Shown: positions 10,392-20,699, numbered from the stretch's first letter. The stretch: 64,000 bases of DNA from an uncultured delta proteobacterium (GCA_963767925.1 CAVYGB010000008.1:1312001-1376000); one strand, 5' to 3'. Notes: generated by a model from the letters alone, not told the origin. Made by a program: numbers and translations.

Positions 10392-10421
10392 TTGACACAC
10401 CCCACGAGCGTGCGACATCAT
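10392..10421 (+). promoter_or_regulatory. Putative sigma70 promoter for the sugar operon
   Basis: Perfect TTGACA at 10392-10397, then 18 bp, then CATCAT; about 60 bp upstream of ATG 10479. Confidence 0.5.
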
Positions 10422-10478
10422 GCTGGCGGCTTTTTCGAACTATCTTGTCCTTGAGCGTCCCAAGTTAAGCCCAAGAAA

Positions 10479-11495
10479 ATGAGCCGCATCAAAGTCGCCG
10501 TCGTGGGAATGGGGTACTGGGGGCCGAACCTGGTTCGCAACTTCCAGGCGACCGACGACTACGAGCTCGTCGGCCTGGTGGATTCGAATCCCAAGCGGCT
10601 CGAGCGGGTTGGCTCTTCTTACCCCTGGGCGCGAGGCTTCACCTCTCTGGGATTGGCCCTGGCCGAGGCCAGGCCGGAGCTGGTGGCGGTGGCCACCCCG
10701 GTCGCCAGCCACTTTCCGCTGGCCTTGCAGGCGCTGAAGGCTGGCTGCCACGTCCTCTGCGAGAAGCCCCTGGCAGCGACCGTCTCCGAAGCGGAGACCC
10801 TGCTCGAGACGGCCACCCGGGAGAAGCGGCGCCTCTTCGTCGATCACACGTTCACCTACACCGGCGCCGTGCGGCTCATCCGGGAGCAGTTCCAGGGGGG
10901 GCAGCTCGGCGACCTCTTCTACATCGACTCGGTCCGGATCAACCTCGGGCTCTTCCAGCCAGACACCGACGTGATCTGGGATCTGGCGCCCCACGACCTC
11001 TCCATCCTCGGCCACGTCCTGGGGCAAAAGGTGAAGTCGCTGCAGGCCACCGGCTCCTGCCACAACCCCCGCAAGTTCGCCGACGTCGCCCACCTGGCCC
11101 TGGAATATGAAAGCGGCGTGACCGCCCACCTGCACCTGTCCTGGCTGTCGCCGGTCAAGGTGCGGCGGATGATCTTCTCGGGGACCAAGTCATCGATCAT
11201 CTACGACGACCTCGAGGCGTCCGAGAAGATCAAGATCTACGACGCCGGAGTGAACTTCGACGTGGCGGACGTGGAGACCCGCAAGCAGGTCATGGTCAAC
11301 TACCGGCGTGGCGACATGCGGGCCCCCGCGCTCGACAACAAGGAAGCGCTCTCCGTGCAGGTCAAGGAGATCGCCCGCGCGCTGCGCGGCGCAGACCTTC
11401 GGCTAGCTAACGCCGAGGACGGTCTCGCCATCGTCCGCGTGCTCGAGGCCTGCGGCCGATCGATGGCCGCGGAGGGCGCGCGGGTTCGTCTCTGA
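10479..11495 (+). CDS. Gfo/Idh/MocA family oxidoreductase (sugar-nucleotide dehydrogenase-like)
   Basis: VVGMGYWGPNLVRNF, LCEKPLA, VDHTFTY, WDLAPHDLSI, SWLSPVKVR. Confidence 0.92.
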   Translation: MSRIKVAVVGMGYWGPNLVRNFQATDDYELVGLVDSNPKRLERVGSSYPWARGFTSLGLALAEARPELVAVATPVASHFPLALQALKAGCHVLCEKPLAATVSEAETLLETATREKRRLFVDHTFTYTGAVRLIREQFQGGQLGDLFYIDSVRINLGLFQPDTDVIWDLAPHDLSILGHVLGQKVKSLQATGSCHNPRKFADVAHLALEYESGVTAHLHLSWLSPVKVRRMIFSGTKSSIIYDDLEASEKIKIYDAGVNFDVADVETRKQVMVNYRRGDMRAPALDNKEALSVQVKEIARALRGADLRLANAEDGLAIVRVLEACGRSMAAEGARVRL

Positions 11496-11507
11496 CGGAA
11501 GCCAGCC

Positions 11508-12620
11508 ATGCCGGTCCCGTTCTTCTCGCTGCGCGAGCAGACCGCCGCCCTCAAGGCGGACGTCCTGGCCGCCTTCGATCAGGTCATCGATAGCCAGGGC
11601 TTCGCCAACGGCCCGGCCGTGGCGGCGTTCGAGTCCCAGCTCGCCCAGTACCTGGGGGTCAAGGAGGTCGTCTGCGTCAACAGCGGCACCACCGCGCTGC
11701 AGGCCGCCCTCATCTGCGCCGGGGTCCAGCCCGGCGACGACGTGCTCACCGTCTCGCACACCTGGATCTCGACGGTCTGGGCGATCAACTACGTCGGCGC
11801 CCGGCCGGTGTTCGCGGACATCGATCCCCAGACCTGTGGCCTCGACCCCGCCGAGCTCGAGCGCCGGATCACCCCCCGGACGAGGGCCATCGTGCCGGTC
11901 CACCTCTACGGCCTGCCGGTCGATCTGGACCCGCTGCTCGACTTCGCCCGGCGGCGCGGTCTGCCGGTGATCGAGGACGCGGCCCAGTCGGTGGGAGCCC
12001 GCTACCAGGGCCGCCAGACCGGGAGCTTCGGGCTGGTCAACGCCACCAGCTTCTACCCGGGCAAGAACCTGGGCGCCTTCGGGGAGGGCGGCGCGGTCAT
12101 GACCGACGACGTCCAGATCGCGGCCCGGGTGCGACGCCTCAGGGATCATGCCCAGAGCGGCCGACACCATCATGTCGAGCTGGGCTTCAACTGGCGCATG
12201 GATGGCCTTCAAGGGGCCGTCCTGTCCATCAAGCTCGCGCACCTGGATCGCTGGAACCAGCGCCGCCGGGAGATCGCTGCCCGCTACTTCGAGCGGCTGG
12301 AGGGCCTGCCCGGCCTGCGGCTGCTGCGCGCGCCCGCCACGGCGGAGCCGAACTGGCACATCTTCCCGGTCTTTCACGACCGGCGCGACGAGGTGCGGGC
12401 CCGCCTCGAAGGGCGGGGGATCCAGACCGGTGTTCACTACCCCCGGCCGGTTCACCTCCAGCCGGTTTATGCCTCCCTGGGCCTCTCGGTGGGCGCCCTG
12501 CCGAGGTCCGAGGCGGCGGCCCGGACCGAGATCTCGCTGCCGATGTTCCCGGAGCTCTCCGATCAGGCCATCGATCAGGTCGCCACGGCCCTGACCGAGG
12601 TATGTCTTGAGCTCCGGTGA
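11508..12620 (+). CDS. DegT/DnrJ/EryC1/StrS aminotransferase
   Basis: NSGTTAL, PVHLYG, EDAAQS, SFYPGKNLGAFGEGG. Confidence 0.92.
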   Translation: MPVPFFSLREQTAALKADVLAAFDQVIDSQGFANGPAVAAFESQLAQYLGVKEVVCVNSGTTALQAALICAGVQPGDDVLTVSHTWISTVWAINYVGARPVFADIDPQTCGLDPAELERRITPRTRAIVPVHLYGLPVDLDPLLDFARRRGLPVIEDAAQSVGARYQGRQTGSFGLVNATSFYPGKNLGAFGEGGAVMTDDVQIAARVRRLRDHAQSGRHHHVELGFNWRMDGLQGAVLSIKLAHLDRWNQRRREIAARYFERLEGLPGLRLLRAPATAEPNWHIFPVFHDRRDEVRARLEGRGIQTGVHYPRPVHLQPVYASLGLSVGALPRSEAAARTEISLPMFPELSDQAIDQVATALTEVCLELR

Positions 12621-13848
12621 GCGCGGGCCTTCCGGACCGATCCTGAAAGTCCCGATCGTCCGTCCCGCGCTCGGCGACGCCGAGGTGGCGGCGGTCTCAC
12701 GGGTCATCCGTTCGGGCTGGGTGACCCAGGGGCCCGAGGTGGCCGCCTTCGAGAAGGAGTTCGCCGCCGCGGTGGGCGCGCCGGAGGCGGTGGCGGTCTC
12801 CAACTGCACGGTGGCGCTCGAGCTCGCCCTCCGCTGCGCCGGGGTGGGGCCCGGCGACGAGGTGGTCACCGTGAGCCACAGCTTCATCGCCACGGCCAAC
12901 GCCATCGTGGCGGTCGGGGCGCGCCCCGTCTTCGTCGACGTCGAGCGGGATACCTTCGGCATGTCGGCCGGCGCTGTCGCGACGGCGCTGTCCCCCCGCA
13001 CGCGGGCCATCCTGGCGGTTCACCAGATCGGCATCCCCTGCGATCTGTTTGCCCTGCTGGCGGTGGCCAGCGCGGCCAAGGTTCCCCTGATCGAAGACGC
13101 GGCCTGTGCCATCGGCAGCGAGCTCCTGCTCGACGGCGCCTGGCAGCGTATCGGCCGCCCCCACGGCCTGATGGCCTGTTTCTCGTTCCATCCGCGCAAG
13201 ATCGTGACCACCGGCGACGGCGGCATGCTCGTGACGGCTGACCCGGCCATCGCCCGGCGGGGCCGGCTGCTGCGCCAGCACGCCATGTCGGTCGCCGACA
13301 CCATCCGCCATGGCAGCTCGACCGTCGTCTTCGAGAGCTACGACGAGCCCGCCTTCAACTGGCGCATGACCGATCTGCAGGCGGCCACCGGGCGCCCGCA
13401 GCTCGCCCGCCTCCCCGCCATCGTGGCCGAGCGCCGGGCGCTGGCCGACCGCTACGTCGCGGCGCTCGCCGGCAACAGCGCGGTGGAGACACCGCTGGAG
13501 CGCCCGGGGAGCCGCAGCAACTGGCAGAGTTACCCCCTCCGACTGCGCCCCGGCCGGGGAATCGAGCAGCGGCAGGCCCTGCAGTTCTTGCTCGACCGGG
13601 GCATCTCGGCCAAGCGCGGCGTCCACAACGCCCACCAGGAACCGGCCTACGCGGGGCGGGACAACTGGAGCTGCGGACCGGGTGGCTGTCACCCGGGACG
13701 CCCGGCCGGAGAACCTTGCGATCGCCTCCCGATCTCCGAGGCGGCCCGCGATCAGACCCTTCTCATCCCCCTGTTCAATGGTATGAGTCGCGCCGAGCAG
13801 GACCACGTCATCGGGGCGCTCGACGCCCTGGCCAAGGCCCTTCCATGA
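12607..13848 (+). CDS. DegT/DnrJ/EryC1/StrS aminotransferase (perosamine synthase-like)
   Basis: GWVTQGPEV, SNCTVAL, EDAACAIG, FSFHPRKIVTTGDGG, NWRMTDLQAA. Confidence 0.9.
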   Translation: MSSGERGPSGPILKVPIVRPALGDAEVAAVSRVIRSGWVTQGPEVAAFEKEFAAAVGAPEAVAVSNCTVALELALRCAGVGPGDEVVTVSHSFIATANAIVAVGARPVFVDVERDTFGMSAGAVATALSPRTRAILAVHQIGIPCDLFALLAVASAAKVPLIEDAACAIGSELLLDGAWQRIGRPHGLMACFSFHPRKIVTTGDGGMLVTADPAIARRGRLLRQHAMSVADTIRHGSSTVVFESYDEPAFNWRMTDLQAATGRPQLARLPAIVAERRALADRYVAALAGNSAVETPLERPGSRSNWQSYPLRLRPGRGIEQRQALQFLLDRGISAKRGVHNAHQEPAYAGRDNWSCGPGGCHPGRPAGEPCDRLPISEAARDQTLLIPLFNGMSRAEQDHVIGALDALAKALP

Positions 13849-14375
13849 GCCACCCTCTCCGCAACCCCGACACCGACCGCGCCAACTTCGTCCGGATCGC
13901 CGACGACGTGAAGCTGGGCGAGGACGTTCGCATCTTCTCCTTCGTCAACCTGTACGGATGCGCCATCGGCGACCGGACGCAGATCGGCGCCTTCGTCGAG
14001 ATCCAGCGGGGGGCCAGCATCGGGTCGCGCTGCAAGATCTCGAGCCACACCTTCATCTGCGAAGGGGTCACCATCGAGGACGAGTGTTTCGTGGGGCACG
14101 GCGTGATGTTCATCAACGACCGGCATCCCGCCGCCGTGCGCGCCGACGGGGCGCCCAAGGGCAACGCCGACTGGGTGTGTGAGCCGACCCGGATTCGCCG
14201 GCGGGCCAACATCGGCTCGGGCGCGGTCATCATGTGTGGGATCGAGATCGGGGAAGGGGCGCTGATCGGCGCGGGCGCCATGGTGACCCGTGACGTGCCG
14301 CCCGGCGCCACCGTGGTGGGCAACCCGGCCCGGGCCCTGGCCCGGGAACGCGGGGCGGGGGGAGGGGTGCGATGA
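13845..14375 (+). CDS. Hexapeptide-repeat sugar N-acetyltransferase (WxcM/WbpD-like)
   Basis: IGAFVEIQ, CKISSHTFICEGV, GHGVMFIND, GAMVTRDVP, GNPAR; ATGA overlap at 13845. Confidence 0.9.
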   Translation: MSHPLRNPDTDRANFVRIADDVKLGEDVRIFSFVNLYGCAIGDRTQIGAFVEIQRGASIGSRCKISSHTFICEGVTIEDECFVGHGVMFINDRHPAAVRADGAPKGNADWVCEPTRIRRRANIGSGAVIMCGIEIGEGALIGAGAMVTRDVPPGATVVGNPARALARERGAGGGVR

Positions 14376-15334
14376 TCGCCGGGTCGCGGATCTTCGTGAG
14401 CGGGGGGGCCGGCTTCGTCGGCTCCCACACCGCCGACCAGCTCCTGGCGGCGGGGGCGGCCAAGGTGATCGCGCTCGACAACCTGGTGCGGGGCAGCCTC
14501 GGCAACGTCGCCCACCTGCGCGACGATCCCCGCTTCGAGCTCGTCGAGGGGGACGTCCGCGACCGCGCGCTGGTGAGCCGGCTGATCGCCGGGTGTGATC
14601 ACGTCTTCCACCTGGCCGCCCTGCGCATCACCGCCTGCGCGGCCAACCCGCGCGAAGCGCATGAGGTCATGGCCGATGGGACCTTCAACGTCCTGGAGGC
14701 CGCCGCCGAGCACAAGGTCAGGAAGATCGTCGCCGCCTCGAGCGCTTCGGTGTACGGCGAGCCGACCAGCCTCCCGATCGACGAGCCGGCCAGCTACGAG
14801 AACAAGACCCTGTACGGCGCCTACAAGATCGCCCTCGAGCACATGTTGCGGGCCTTCGAGGACATGTACCGGATCCCCTACGCCGCCCTTCGCTACTTTA
14901 ACCTCTACGGGCCCCGCATGGACATGACCGGCGTCTACACCGAGGTGATGGTGCGCTGGATGGACCGCATCGACGCCGGCCAGGCGCCCCTCATCTTCGG
15001 CAAGGGTGACCAGTCGATGGACTTCGTCTTCGTCGACGACGCCGCCCGGGCCAACCTGACGGCGCTGACCTCGTCCGCTCAGAACGACGTGTTCAACGTC
15101 GCCACCGGTCGGGAGACGAGCCTGCTCGAGCTGTGCACCCTCATGCTGAAGCTGATGGGCCGGCCCGACCTCCAGCCGGAGTTTCGCGAGGAGAGGACGG
15201 TCAACCCGGTGCGCCGGCGCCGGGGGGGCCCGGAGAAGGCCCGCAAGCTGCTCGGCTACGAGACGCGCGTCGACCTGGCCGCCGGGCTCGAGAAGTTGAT
15301 CCAGTGGCGCCGATCCAGCAAGACCCATGGCTGA
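14372..15334 (+). CDS. NAD-dependent epimerase/dehydratase
   Basis: SGGAGFVGSH, FHLAA, ASSASVYG, YGAYK, LRYFNLYGP. Confidence 0.92.
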   Translation: MIAGSRIFVSGGAGFVGSHTADQLLAAGAAKVIALDNLVRGSLGNVAHLRDDPRFELVEGDVRDRALVSRLIAGCDHVFHLAALRITACAANPREAHEVMADGTFNVLEAAAEHKVRKIVAASSASVYGEPTSLPIDEPASYENKTLYGAYKIALEHMLRAFEDMYRIPYAALRYFNLYGPRMDMTGVYTEVMVRWMDRIDAGQAPLIFGKGDQSMDFVFVDDAARANLTALTSSAQNDVFNVATGRETSLLELCTLMLKLMGRPDLQPEFREERTVNPVRRRRGGPEKARKLLGYETRVDLAAGLEKLIQWRRSSKTHG

Positions 15335-16481
15335 TGCGCTCTTCTCCGACCACATCCCCCTGATGCGCCCCTGGCTGGGGGAGGAGGAGGCGCAGGCGGT
15401 GCGCGAGGTCATCCTCTCGGGCTGGGTCAGCCAGGGACCGAAGGTGGCCGAGTTCGAACGTCAGATCGCCGCCCTGGTGGGCGCCCGTCACGCCATCGCC
15501 ACCAACGCCGCCACCACCGCCTTGCACCTCATGATGCAGGTGCTGGGCATCCGTCCCGGCGACGAGGTCATCTTGCCCGCCTTCACCTGCATGGCCAACG
15601 CGAACGCGGTCATCATCGCGGGGGCGGTGCCCGTGTTCGCCGATATCCAGCGGGACAGCTACAACCTCGATCCGGAGGACGTCGCCCGCCGGATCACCGC
15701 CCGGACCCGGGGGGTGATGGTGGTCGATCAGATCGGCCTGCCCGCCGACCTCGATGCCTTCAAGGCGCTCGCCGGCCAGCGCGACCTGCTGCTGTTCGAG
15801 GACGCCGCCACCGCCCTCGGCGCCCGCTATCGGGGGCGCTACCTGGGAGGCCACGGCGTACCGGCGGTCTTCAGCTTTCATCCGCGCAAGGTGATCGCCA
15901 CCGGTGAGGGCGGCATGCTGGTGATCGACGACGACGCCCAGGCCGAGCGGGCCCAGGTGCTGCGGGCCACCGGGGCCTCGATCTCCGATCTGAAGCGCCA
16001 CGAGGCCAAGGGCGCGCTCTTCCAGCAATACTTCGAATACGGCTACAACTACCGCCTCACCGACATGCAGGCGGCGATGGGCATCGTCCAGCTCACGAAG
16101 CTGGAGCGCATCCTGGCCGCCCGCCGCGATCAGGCCCGGCGCTACCAGGACCTCCTGGGCCCGATCGACGAGATCAGGCCGCCCTTCGAGCCCGACTACG
16201 CGCGCAGCGCTTACTCCTCGTATTGCGTCCGCTTGCAGCCATCGGCCCGGGTCGGCGCAGACGAGGTGGTCCAGCGCATGGCCCGCTACAACGTCTCCTG
16301 CCGGCGGGGCATCCAGCCCCTGCACCACGAGCCCTACTTCGCGAGCACGATGTCGGGTCTGCGCCTGCCCGAGACGGAGGCCGCCGCCCGCGACACCCTG
16401 TTTCTGCCCATCTTCCCCGGGCTGACCGACGCCGAGCAGGTCCAGGTCGTCGAGCGTCTCAAGCAGAGCCTGCTGCCGTGA
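15327..16481 (+). CDS. DegT/DnrJ/EryC1/StrS aminotransferase
   Basis: GWVSQGPKV, FSFHPRKVIATGEGG, GYNYRLTDMQAA. Confidence 0.92.
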   Translation: MADALFSDHIPLMRPWLGEEEAQAVREVILSGWVSQGPKVAEFERQIAALVGARHAIATNAATTALHLMMQVLGIRPGDEVILPAFTCMANANAVIIAGAVPVFADIQRDSYNLDPEDVARRITARTRGVMVVDQIGLPADLDAFKALAGQRDLLLFEDAATALGARYRGRYLGGHGVPAVFSFHPRKVIATGEGGMLVIDDDAQAERAQVLRATGASISDLKRHEAKGALFQQYFEYGYNYRLTDMQAAMGIVQLTKLERILAARRDQARRYQDLLGPIDEIRPPFEPDYARSAYSSYCVRLQPSARVGADEVVQRMARYNVSCRRGIQPLHHEPYFASTMSGLRLPETEAAARDTLFLPIFPGLTDAEQVQVVERLKQSLLP

Positions 16482-17143
16482 CGACGTCGGCCGCCGGAGT
16501 CCATTTCATCCTGGGGGCTGGCGCGCAGGGGAGGGTCGTCCTCGAGGCCTGGCGGGCGCAACATCCGGGCGCGACCTTCGCCTTCCTCGACGACAACCTC
16601 GCCCTGGCCGGCCAGGAGATCCTGGGGGTTCCGGTGCGAGGCGGGCTCGCCCTGCTGGCGGGCGTCGCGGGGGAGGTCGTCCTCGCCCTGGGGCACAATC
16701 CCGGCCGGCTCGAGCAGGCGCGCCGCCTGGCCACCTCGTCCGTCACCTTCGGCCGCCCGATCCACCCCGCCGCCGCCGTGGCCCCCTCGGCCGCCATCGG
16801 CCCCGGCACGGTGGTGCTCGCCGGGGCGGTGATCAACAGCGGGGCGGCGATCGGCGCCCACGTCATCGTCAACACCGGCGTCATCGTCGAGCACGACAGC
16901 ATCGTGGAAGACGGCGCCTCCCTCAGCCCCGCGGTGGCGATGGGCGGGCGCGTGCGGGTGGGGCAGGGCGCCTTCGTCGCGGTAGGCGCTACCCTCGCCC
17001 CCCGCGTGCAGGTCGGCGCGGGGGCCATCGTGGGGGCAGGGGCGGTGGTGATGACGGACGTCCCCCCGGGCACCCTGGTCTACGGCGTCCCCGCCCGGGC
17101 GATCCGCCCGGTGGGGCCGGACGACTGGAAGCGCGTGTTGTGA
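16478..17143 (+). CDS. PglD/NeuD-family sugar acetyltransferase
   Basis: ILGAGAQGRVV, FLDD, IHPAA, NTGVIVEHD, hexapeptide repeats, GVPAR; GTGA overlap. Confidence 0.88.
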   Translation: MTTSAAGVHFILGAGAQGRVVLEAWRAQHPGATFAFLDDNLALAGQEILGVPVRGGLALLAGVAGEVVLALGHNPGRLEQARRLATSSVTFGRPIHPAAAVAPSAAIGPGTVVLAGAVINSGAAIGAHVIVNTGVIVEHDSIVEDGASLSPAVAMGGRVRVGQGAFVAVGATLAPRVQVGAGAIVGAGAVVMTDVPPGTLVYGVPARAIRPVGPDDWKRVL

Positions 17144-17907
17144 CCACCCCGGCCCGCTACCCGGACGTCCGCCTCTCGGTGGTCATCCCGGCCTACAACG
17201 AGGCCTCGAACCTGGAGCAGACCCTGCCCCGGGCGGTGGCCTCCCTTCGCCGGCTGGTCGGCGCCTTCGAGCTGATTCTGATCGACGACTGCAGCCGCGA
17301 CGAGACCTACCAGGTCGCCTCGACGATGAGCGCCCGCTTCCCGGAGCTGCGCGTGTTCCGGAACGAGGTGAACCTCCGGCAAGGCGGCACCCTCGAACGT
17401 GGTTTCAAGCTCGCCGCCCACGACCTGGTCATGCACAACGCCGCCGACTATCCCTTCGACTTCGAGGACCTGCCCCTCCTGCTCGAACATTTCCCGGCCG
17501 CCGATCTGGTCGTGGCCGCGCGCCGGAGCTACCCGGGGACCTCGGCGCCCCGGCGCTTCGTCTCCTTCGCCAACCGGGCCCTGCTGCGGCTGCTGTTCGG
17601 GGCCGACCTCCGGGACTACAACTTCATCCAGATCTACCGCCGCCAGTTCCTCCAGGGTCAGCCGACCCTCTCCCGGGCCACCTCGTTCATCACCCCGGAG
17701 AAGATCATCCGGGCGATTCGCCTGGGCCAGCGGGTGGTCGAGGTGGAGGTCGACTATCACCGCCGGCTGGTCGGACAGCCCTCCTCGGCGAGCTGGTCCA
17801 ACATCCGGGCCGCCCTGCGCGACATGGGTCGGCTCTGGCTCGAGTTCCGCCGGGCCGACGCCCGCCGCCTGTGGGAGACCCGCTCGGGGTTGGGCCGCGA
17901 TGGCTGA
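17140..17907 (+). CDS. Glycosyltransferase family 2 (Dol-P-Man synthase / Und-P glycosyltransferase-like)
   Basis: SVVIPAYNEA, LIDDCSRDET, NLRQGG, NAAD. Confidence 0.88.
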   Translation: MTTPARYPDVRLSVVIPAYNEASNLEQTLPRAVASLRRLVGAFELILIDDCSRDETYQVASTMSARFPELRVFRNEVNLRQGGTLERGFKLAAHDLVMHNAADYPFDFEDLPLLLEHFPAADLVVAARRSYPGTSAPRRFVSFANRALLRLLFGADLRDYNFIQIYRRQFLQGQPTLSRATSFITPEKIIRAIRLGQRVVEVEVDYHRRLVGQPSSASWSNIRAALRDMGRLWLEFRRADARRLWETRSGLGRDG

Positions 17908-19654
17908 GCCCGCTGGTCGACCGTTCGCCAGGTGGCTCGCGGCGTGGCCGGCGAAGGCCGGGGCGCTGCTGGCCCGCTCGCCGGTCTCCCCCGCCAGCGC
18001 GCTCGCCGGGCTGGTGGCGCTCCTGCTGGTCGCGCGGGTGGCGGTCGTCCTGGTGGGCCGCCTGCGCTACGGCGTCGACTTCAGCGACGAGGCCTTCTAC
18101 GTCGCCTTGCCCTACCGCTTCGCGATCGGCGACCGGCCCTTCGTCGACGAGATCTCGCCGGCCCAGACGGCGGCCCTGATCACGACGCCCCTGTTCTGGT
18201 CGTACCTGAAGATCTCGGGTGGCACCGCCGGGATCATCCTGTTTTCCCGGTGGTCTTACCTCGCCTTTTCGGCGCTGGTCGGCCTGGTTGTGTTCTCGAC
18301 GCTGCGGCGGGTGCTCTCCTGGCCGTTGGCGCTTGCCACGGCGACCATCGGCGTGGCCTACGTCCCCTTCTGTGTGTTCTCCCTGTCCTACAACACCTTG
18401 AGCATGGGGTTCTTCACCGCCGGCTGCTTCCTGACGGCAGGGTCCTTGCTGGGAAGGAACGGACGGGGGCCCTTGATCCTGGCGGGGGTGGCGCTCGGGC
18501 TCGCCACGCTGGCCTACCCGACCCTGCTGCCGGCGGTGGTGGTCACCGTCCTCTCGTTCACGATCGCCGCCCCGGGCGGCCGGCGCGAGCGGTTTGTCCT
18601 GCTGACCGCTGGCGGCCTGCTCGTCGTGCTCGCCGCCGCCCCCTTCTTCGTGGAGGCGGGGATGGACGCCATCGCGACCGTCTACCGTTACAGCAACGCC
18701 GTTCACGATCGGCCACCCGCCAAGCTCCTGGTGATCCTGGAAAACTGGGCGGCTTCCTCACCGCTCAGCCTCTGGAGCCTGGCCGGCGTGCTGGCCGGGT
18801 TCGGCTGGGTGGCGACCCGGCCGGGCGCGGCCTTCTGGCTGATGCCCATCGTGGCCGGCGCCCTCGCGATCTCGACGTTCACCCCCAAACACGTCGCCGG
18901 TCCCTGGATGATCGTCTACGCCGGCCTGCTGGCTCCGGGGATCCTCCTGACGGTGGGCGACGACCCGAAGATGCGCCTGCTGTTCCGGACCATCTGGTTT
19001 CCCTCCTTCGTGGCCGGGATCCTCAACGCCATCTCCAGCTCCAACGGCGGGATGAACGCCGGGCTGGGGCTCTTGCCGGCGGCGATCCTCCTGTTCACCG
19101 GCATGGCGCTGGCCGCGCAGCGGGCCGCCCAGGCGAGCGCCCGGGCGACCTGGGGCCAGGTCGCCGCGATGGCCACGCCCGTGGTGCTGGTCCTCGGTTT
19201 TCTCAGCCGGGTCAAGACCGTGTACCGGGATCACCACATCGAGCAGCTCACCGAGCGGGTGCGTTCAGGCCCTTTCCGCGGTCTCGACACCATCCCCGCC
19301 AAGGCCGGCTTCATCACCGACCTCCAGCGCGAGCTCGCCCGCCACGAGCGACGCGACGGCCGCATCATCTTCTTCCACGACTTTCCGGCGGGCTTCCTCT
19401 TTACCCGGATGCGTCCCGCCCTCAACACGGTCTGGCCGGTCGACTTCGTCGACCAGAGCTTTTACCTCGAGGCCTACAAGCAGCGGCGCAACGGCGCCGG
19501 GCTGGGCGTGAAGATGCGTCAGTTCCCCGGGCGCATCTTTCCCGTGCGCGGCGGACGCACGACGGCGCTCGAGGGGGAGGTCGAAAACAACGACCGCCTC
19601 CTCGTCGACATCGGGACCTTCGCCATCTACGAAGATCCCAAGCCGACGCCCTGA
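17900..19654 (+). CDS. Multi-pass membrane protein, probable GT-C glycosyltransferase
   Basis: GVDFSDEAFY acidic motif after TM1, about 13 hydrophobic segments, C-terminal soluble domain. Confidence 0.72.
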   Translation: MAEPAGRPFARWLAAWPAKAGALLARSPVSPASALAGLVALLLVARVAVVLVGRLRYGVDFSDEAFYVALPYRFAIGDRPFVDEISPAQTAALITTPLFWSYLKISGGTAGIILFSRWSYLAFSALVGLVVFSTLRRVLSWPLALATATIGVAYVPFCVFSLSYNTLSMGFFTAGCFLTAGSLLGRNGRGPLILAGVALGLATLAYPTLLPAVVVTVLSFTIAAPGGRRERFVLLTAGGLLVVLAAAPFFVEAGMDAIATVYRYSNAVHDRPPAKLLVILENWAASSPLSLWSLAGVLAGFGWVATRPGAAFWLMPIVAGALAISTFTPKHVAGPWMIVYAGLLAPGILLTVGDDPKMRLLFRTIWFPSFVAGILNAISSSNGGMNAGLGLLPAAILLFTGMALAAQRAAQASARATWGQVAAMATPVVLVLGFLSRVKTVYRDHHIEQLTERVRSGPFRGLDTIPAKAGFITDLQRELARHERRDGRIIFFHDFPAGFLFTRMRPALNTVWPVDFVDQSFYLEAYKQRRNGAGLGVKMRQFPGRIFPVRGGRTTALEGEVENNDRLLVDIGTFAIYEDPKPTP

Positions 19655-19727
19655 CCGCCTTGCACGGCGCAACGCTCCCGGGAGCCGGTAAGCCCCGAGG
19701 CCCGACCTGCCGATGGCTGTATCAGCC

Positions 19728-20693
19728 ATGGGCGACCAGAAGACCTACTTCATCACCGGTGGAGCTGGCTTCATCGCCAACACCATCATCGGCAGGCTGT
19801 TCGAGCGACACCGGATCGTCGTGTACGACAACTTCCACCGCGACACCCTGAGCTCGAGCCCCTACGCGAAGCATCCCAGCCTCACGGTGATCCGCGGCGA
19901 TGTCCTCGACCTGCCCGCCCTCACCGCCGCCATGAAGGGAGCGGACGCCGTCATCCATGCCGCTGGCATCGCCGGCATCGACACCGTCATCAAGAACCCG
20001 GTCAAGACCATGCAGGTCAACATGATCGGCACCTCCAACGCGCTGGAGGCGGCCCGGCTAAACAGCATCAAAGATCGCTTCATCGACTTCTCGACCTCCG
20101 AGGTCTTCGGAACGATGGCCTACCGGTCGACCGAGGAGTCGCGGACCGTCTCGGGGTCGGCCGGCGAGGCCCGCTGGACCTACGCCGTCAGCAAGCTGGC
20201 CGGAGAGCACCTGGCGAAGGCCTACCAGCAGCAGTTCGGTCTGCCGGTGGTCACCGTGCGTCCCTTCAACGTCTACGGACCCGGCCAGACCGGGGAGGGC
20301 GCCATCCACGGCTTCATCAAGAATGCCCTCAAGGGCGAGGACCTGCGCATTCACGGCGATGGCAACCAGATCCGGGCCTGGTGTTACGTCGACGACTTCG
20401 TCGACGGCATCATGCGCTGCCTGGAGAGCCCCGAGGCGGTGGGAGAGAGCTTCAACATCGGAAACGCCAGGGCGGTCATCACGATCCTGGGCCTGGCCCA
20501 GACCGTCTGCCGGGTCCTGGGGTCCAAGTCGCAGATCGTGTTCACCCCTGCGCTGTCGGCCGACATCGCCATCCGGATCCCCAGCGTCGACAAGGCGCGT
20601 GAGGTGCTCGGCTTTCAGGCGAAGGTCGATCTCGACGAGGGGATCCGGCGCACCGCGGAGTGGCTGGGCCCCCGCATCCGCGCCGAACGCTGA
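19728..20693 (+). CDS. NAD-dependent epimerase/dehydratase (UDP-glucuronate decarboxylase-like)
   Basis: [34 protein letters not shown]. Confidence 0.9.
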   Translation: MGDQKTYFITGGAGFIANTIIGRLFERHRIVVYDNFHRDTLSSSPYAKHPSLTVIRGDVLDLPALTAAMKGADAVIHAAGIAGIDTVIKNPVKTMQVNMIGTSNALEAARLNSIKDRFIDFSTSEVFGTMAYRSTEESRTVSGSAGEARWTYAVSKLAGEHLAKAYQQQFGLPVVTVRPFNVYGPGQTGEGAIHGFIKNALKGEDLRIHGDGNQIRAWCYVDDFVDGIMRCLESPEAVGESFNIGNARAVITILGLAQTVCRVLGSKSQIVFTPALSADIAIRIPSVDKAREVLGFQAKVDLDEGIRRTAEWLGPRIRAER

Positions 20694-20699
20694 CCGCCG

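Noticed and set aside
9952..10395. 147-aa plus-strand and 126-aa minus-strand ORFs in the divergent intergenic region
   Set aside because: Atypical codon usage, no motifs, and they overlap the promoter and repeat elements. Likely non-coding.
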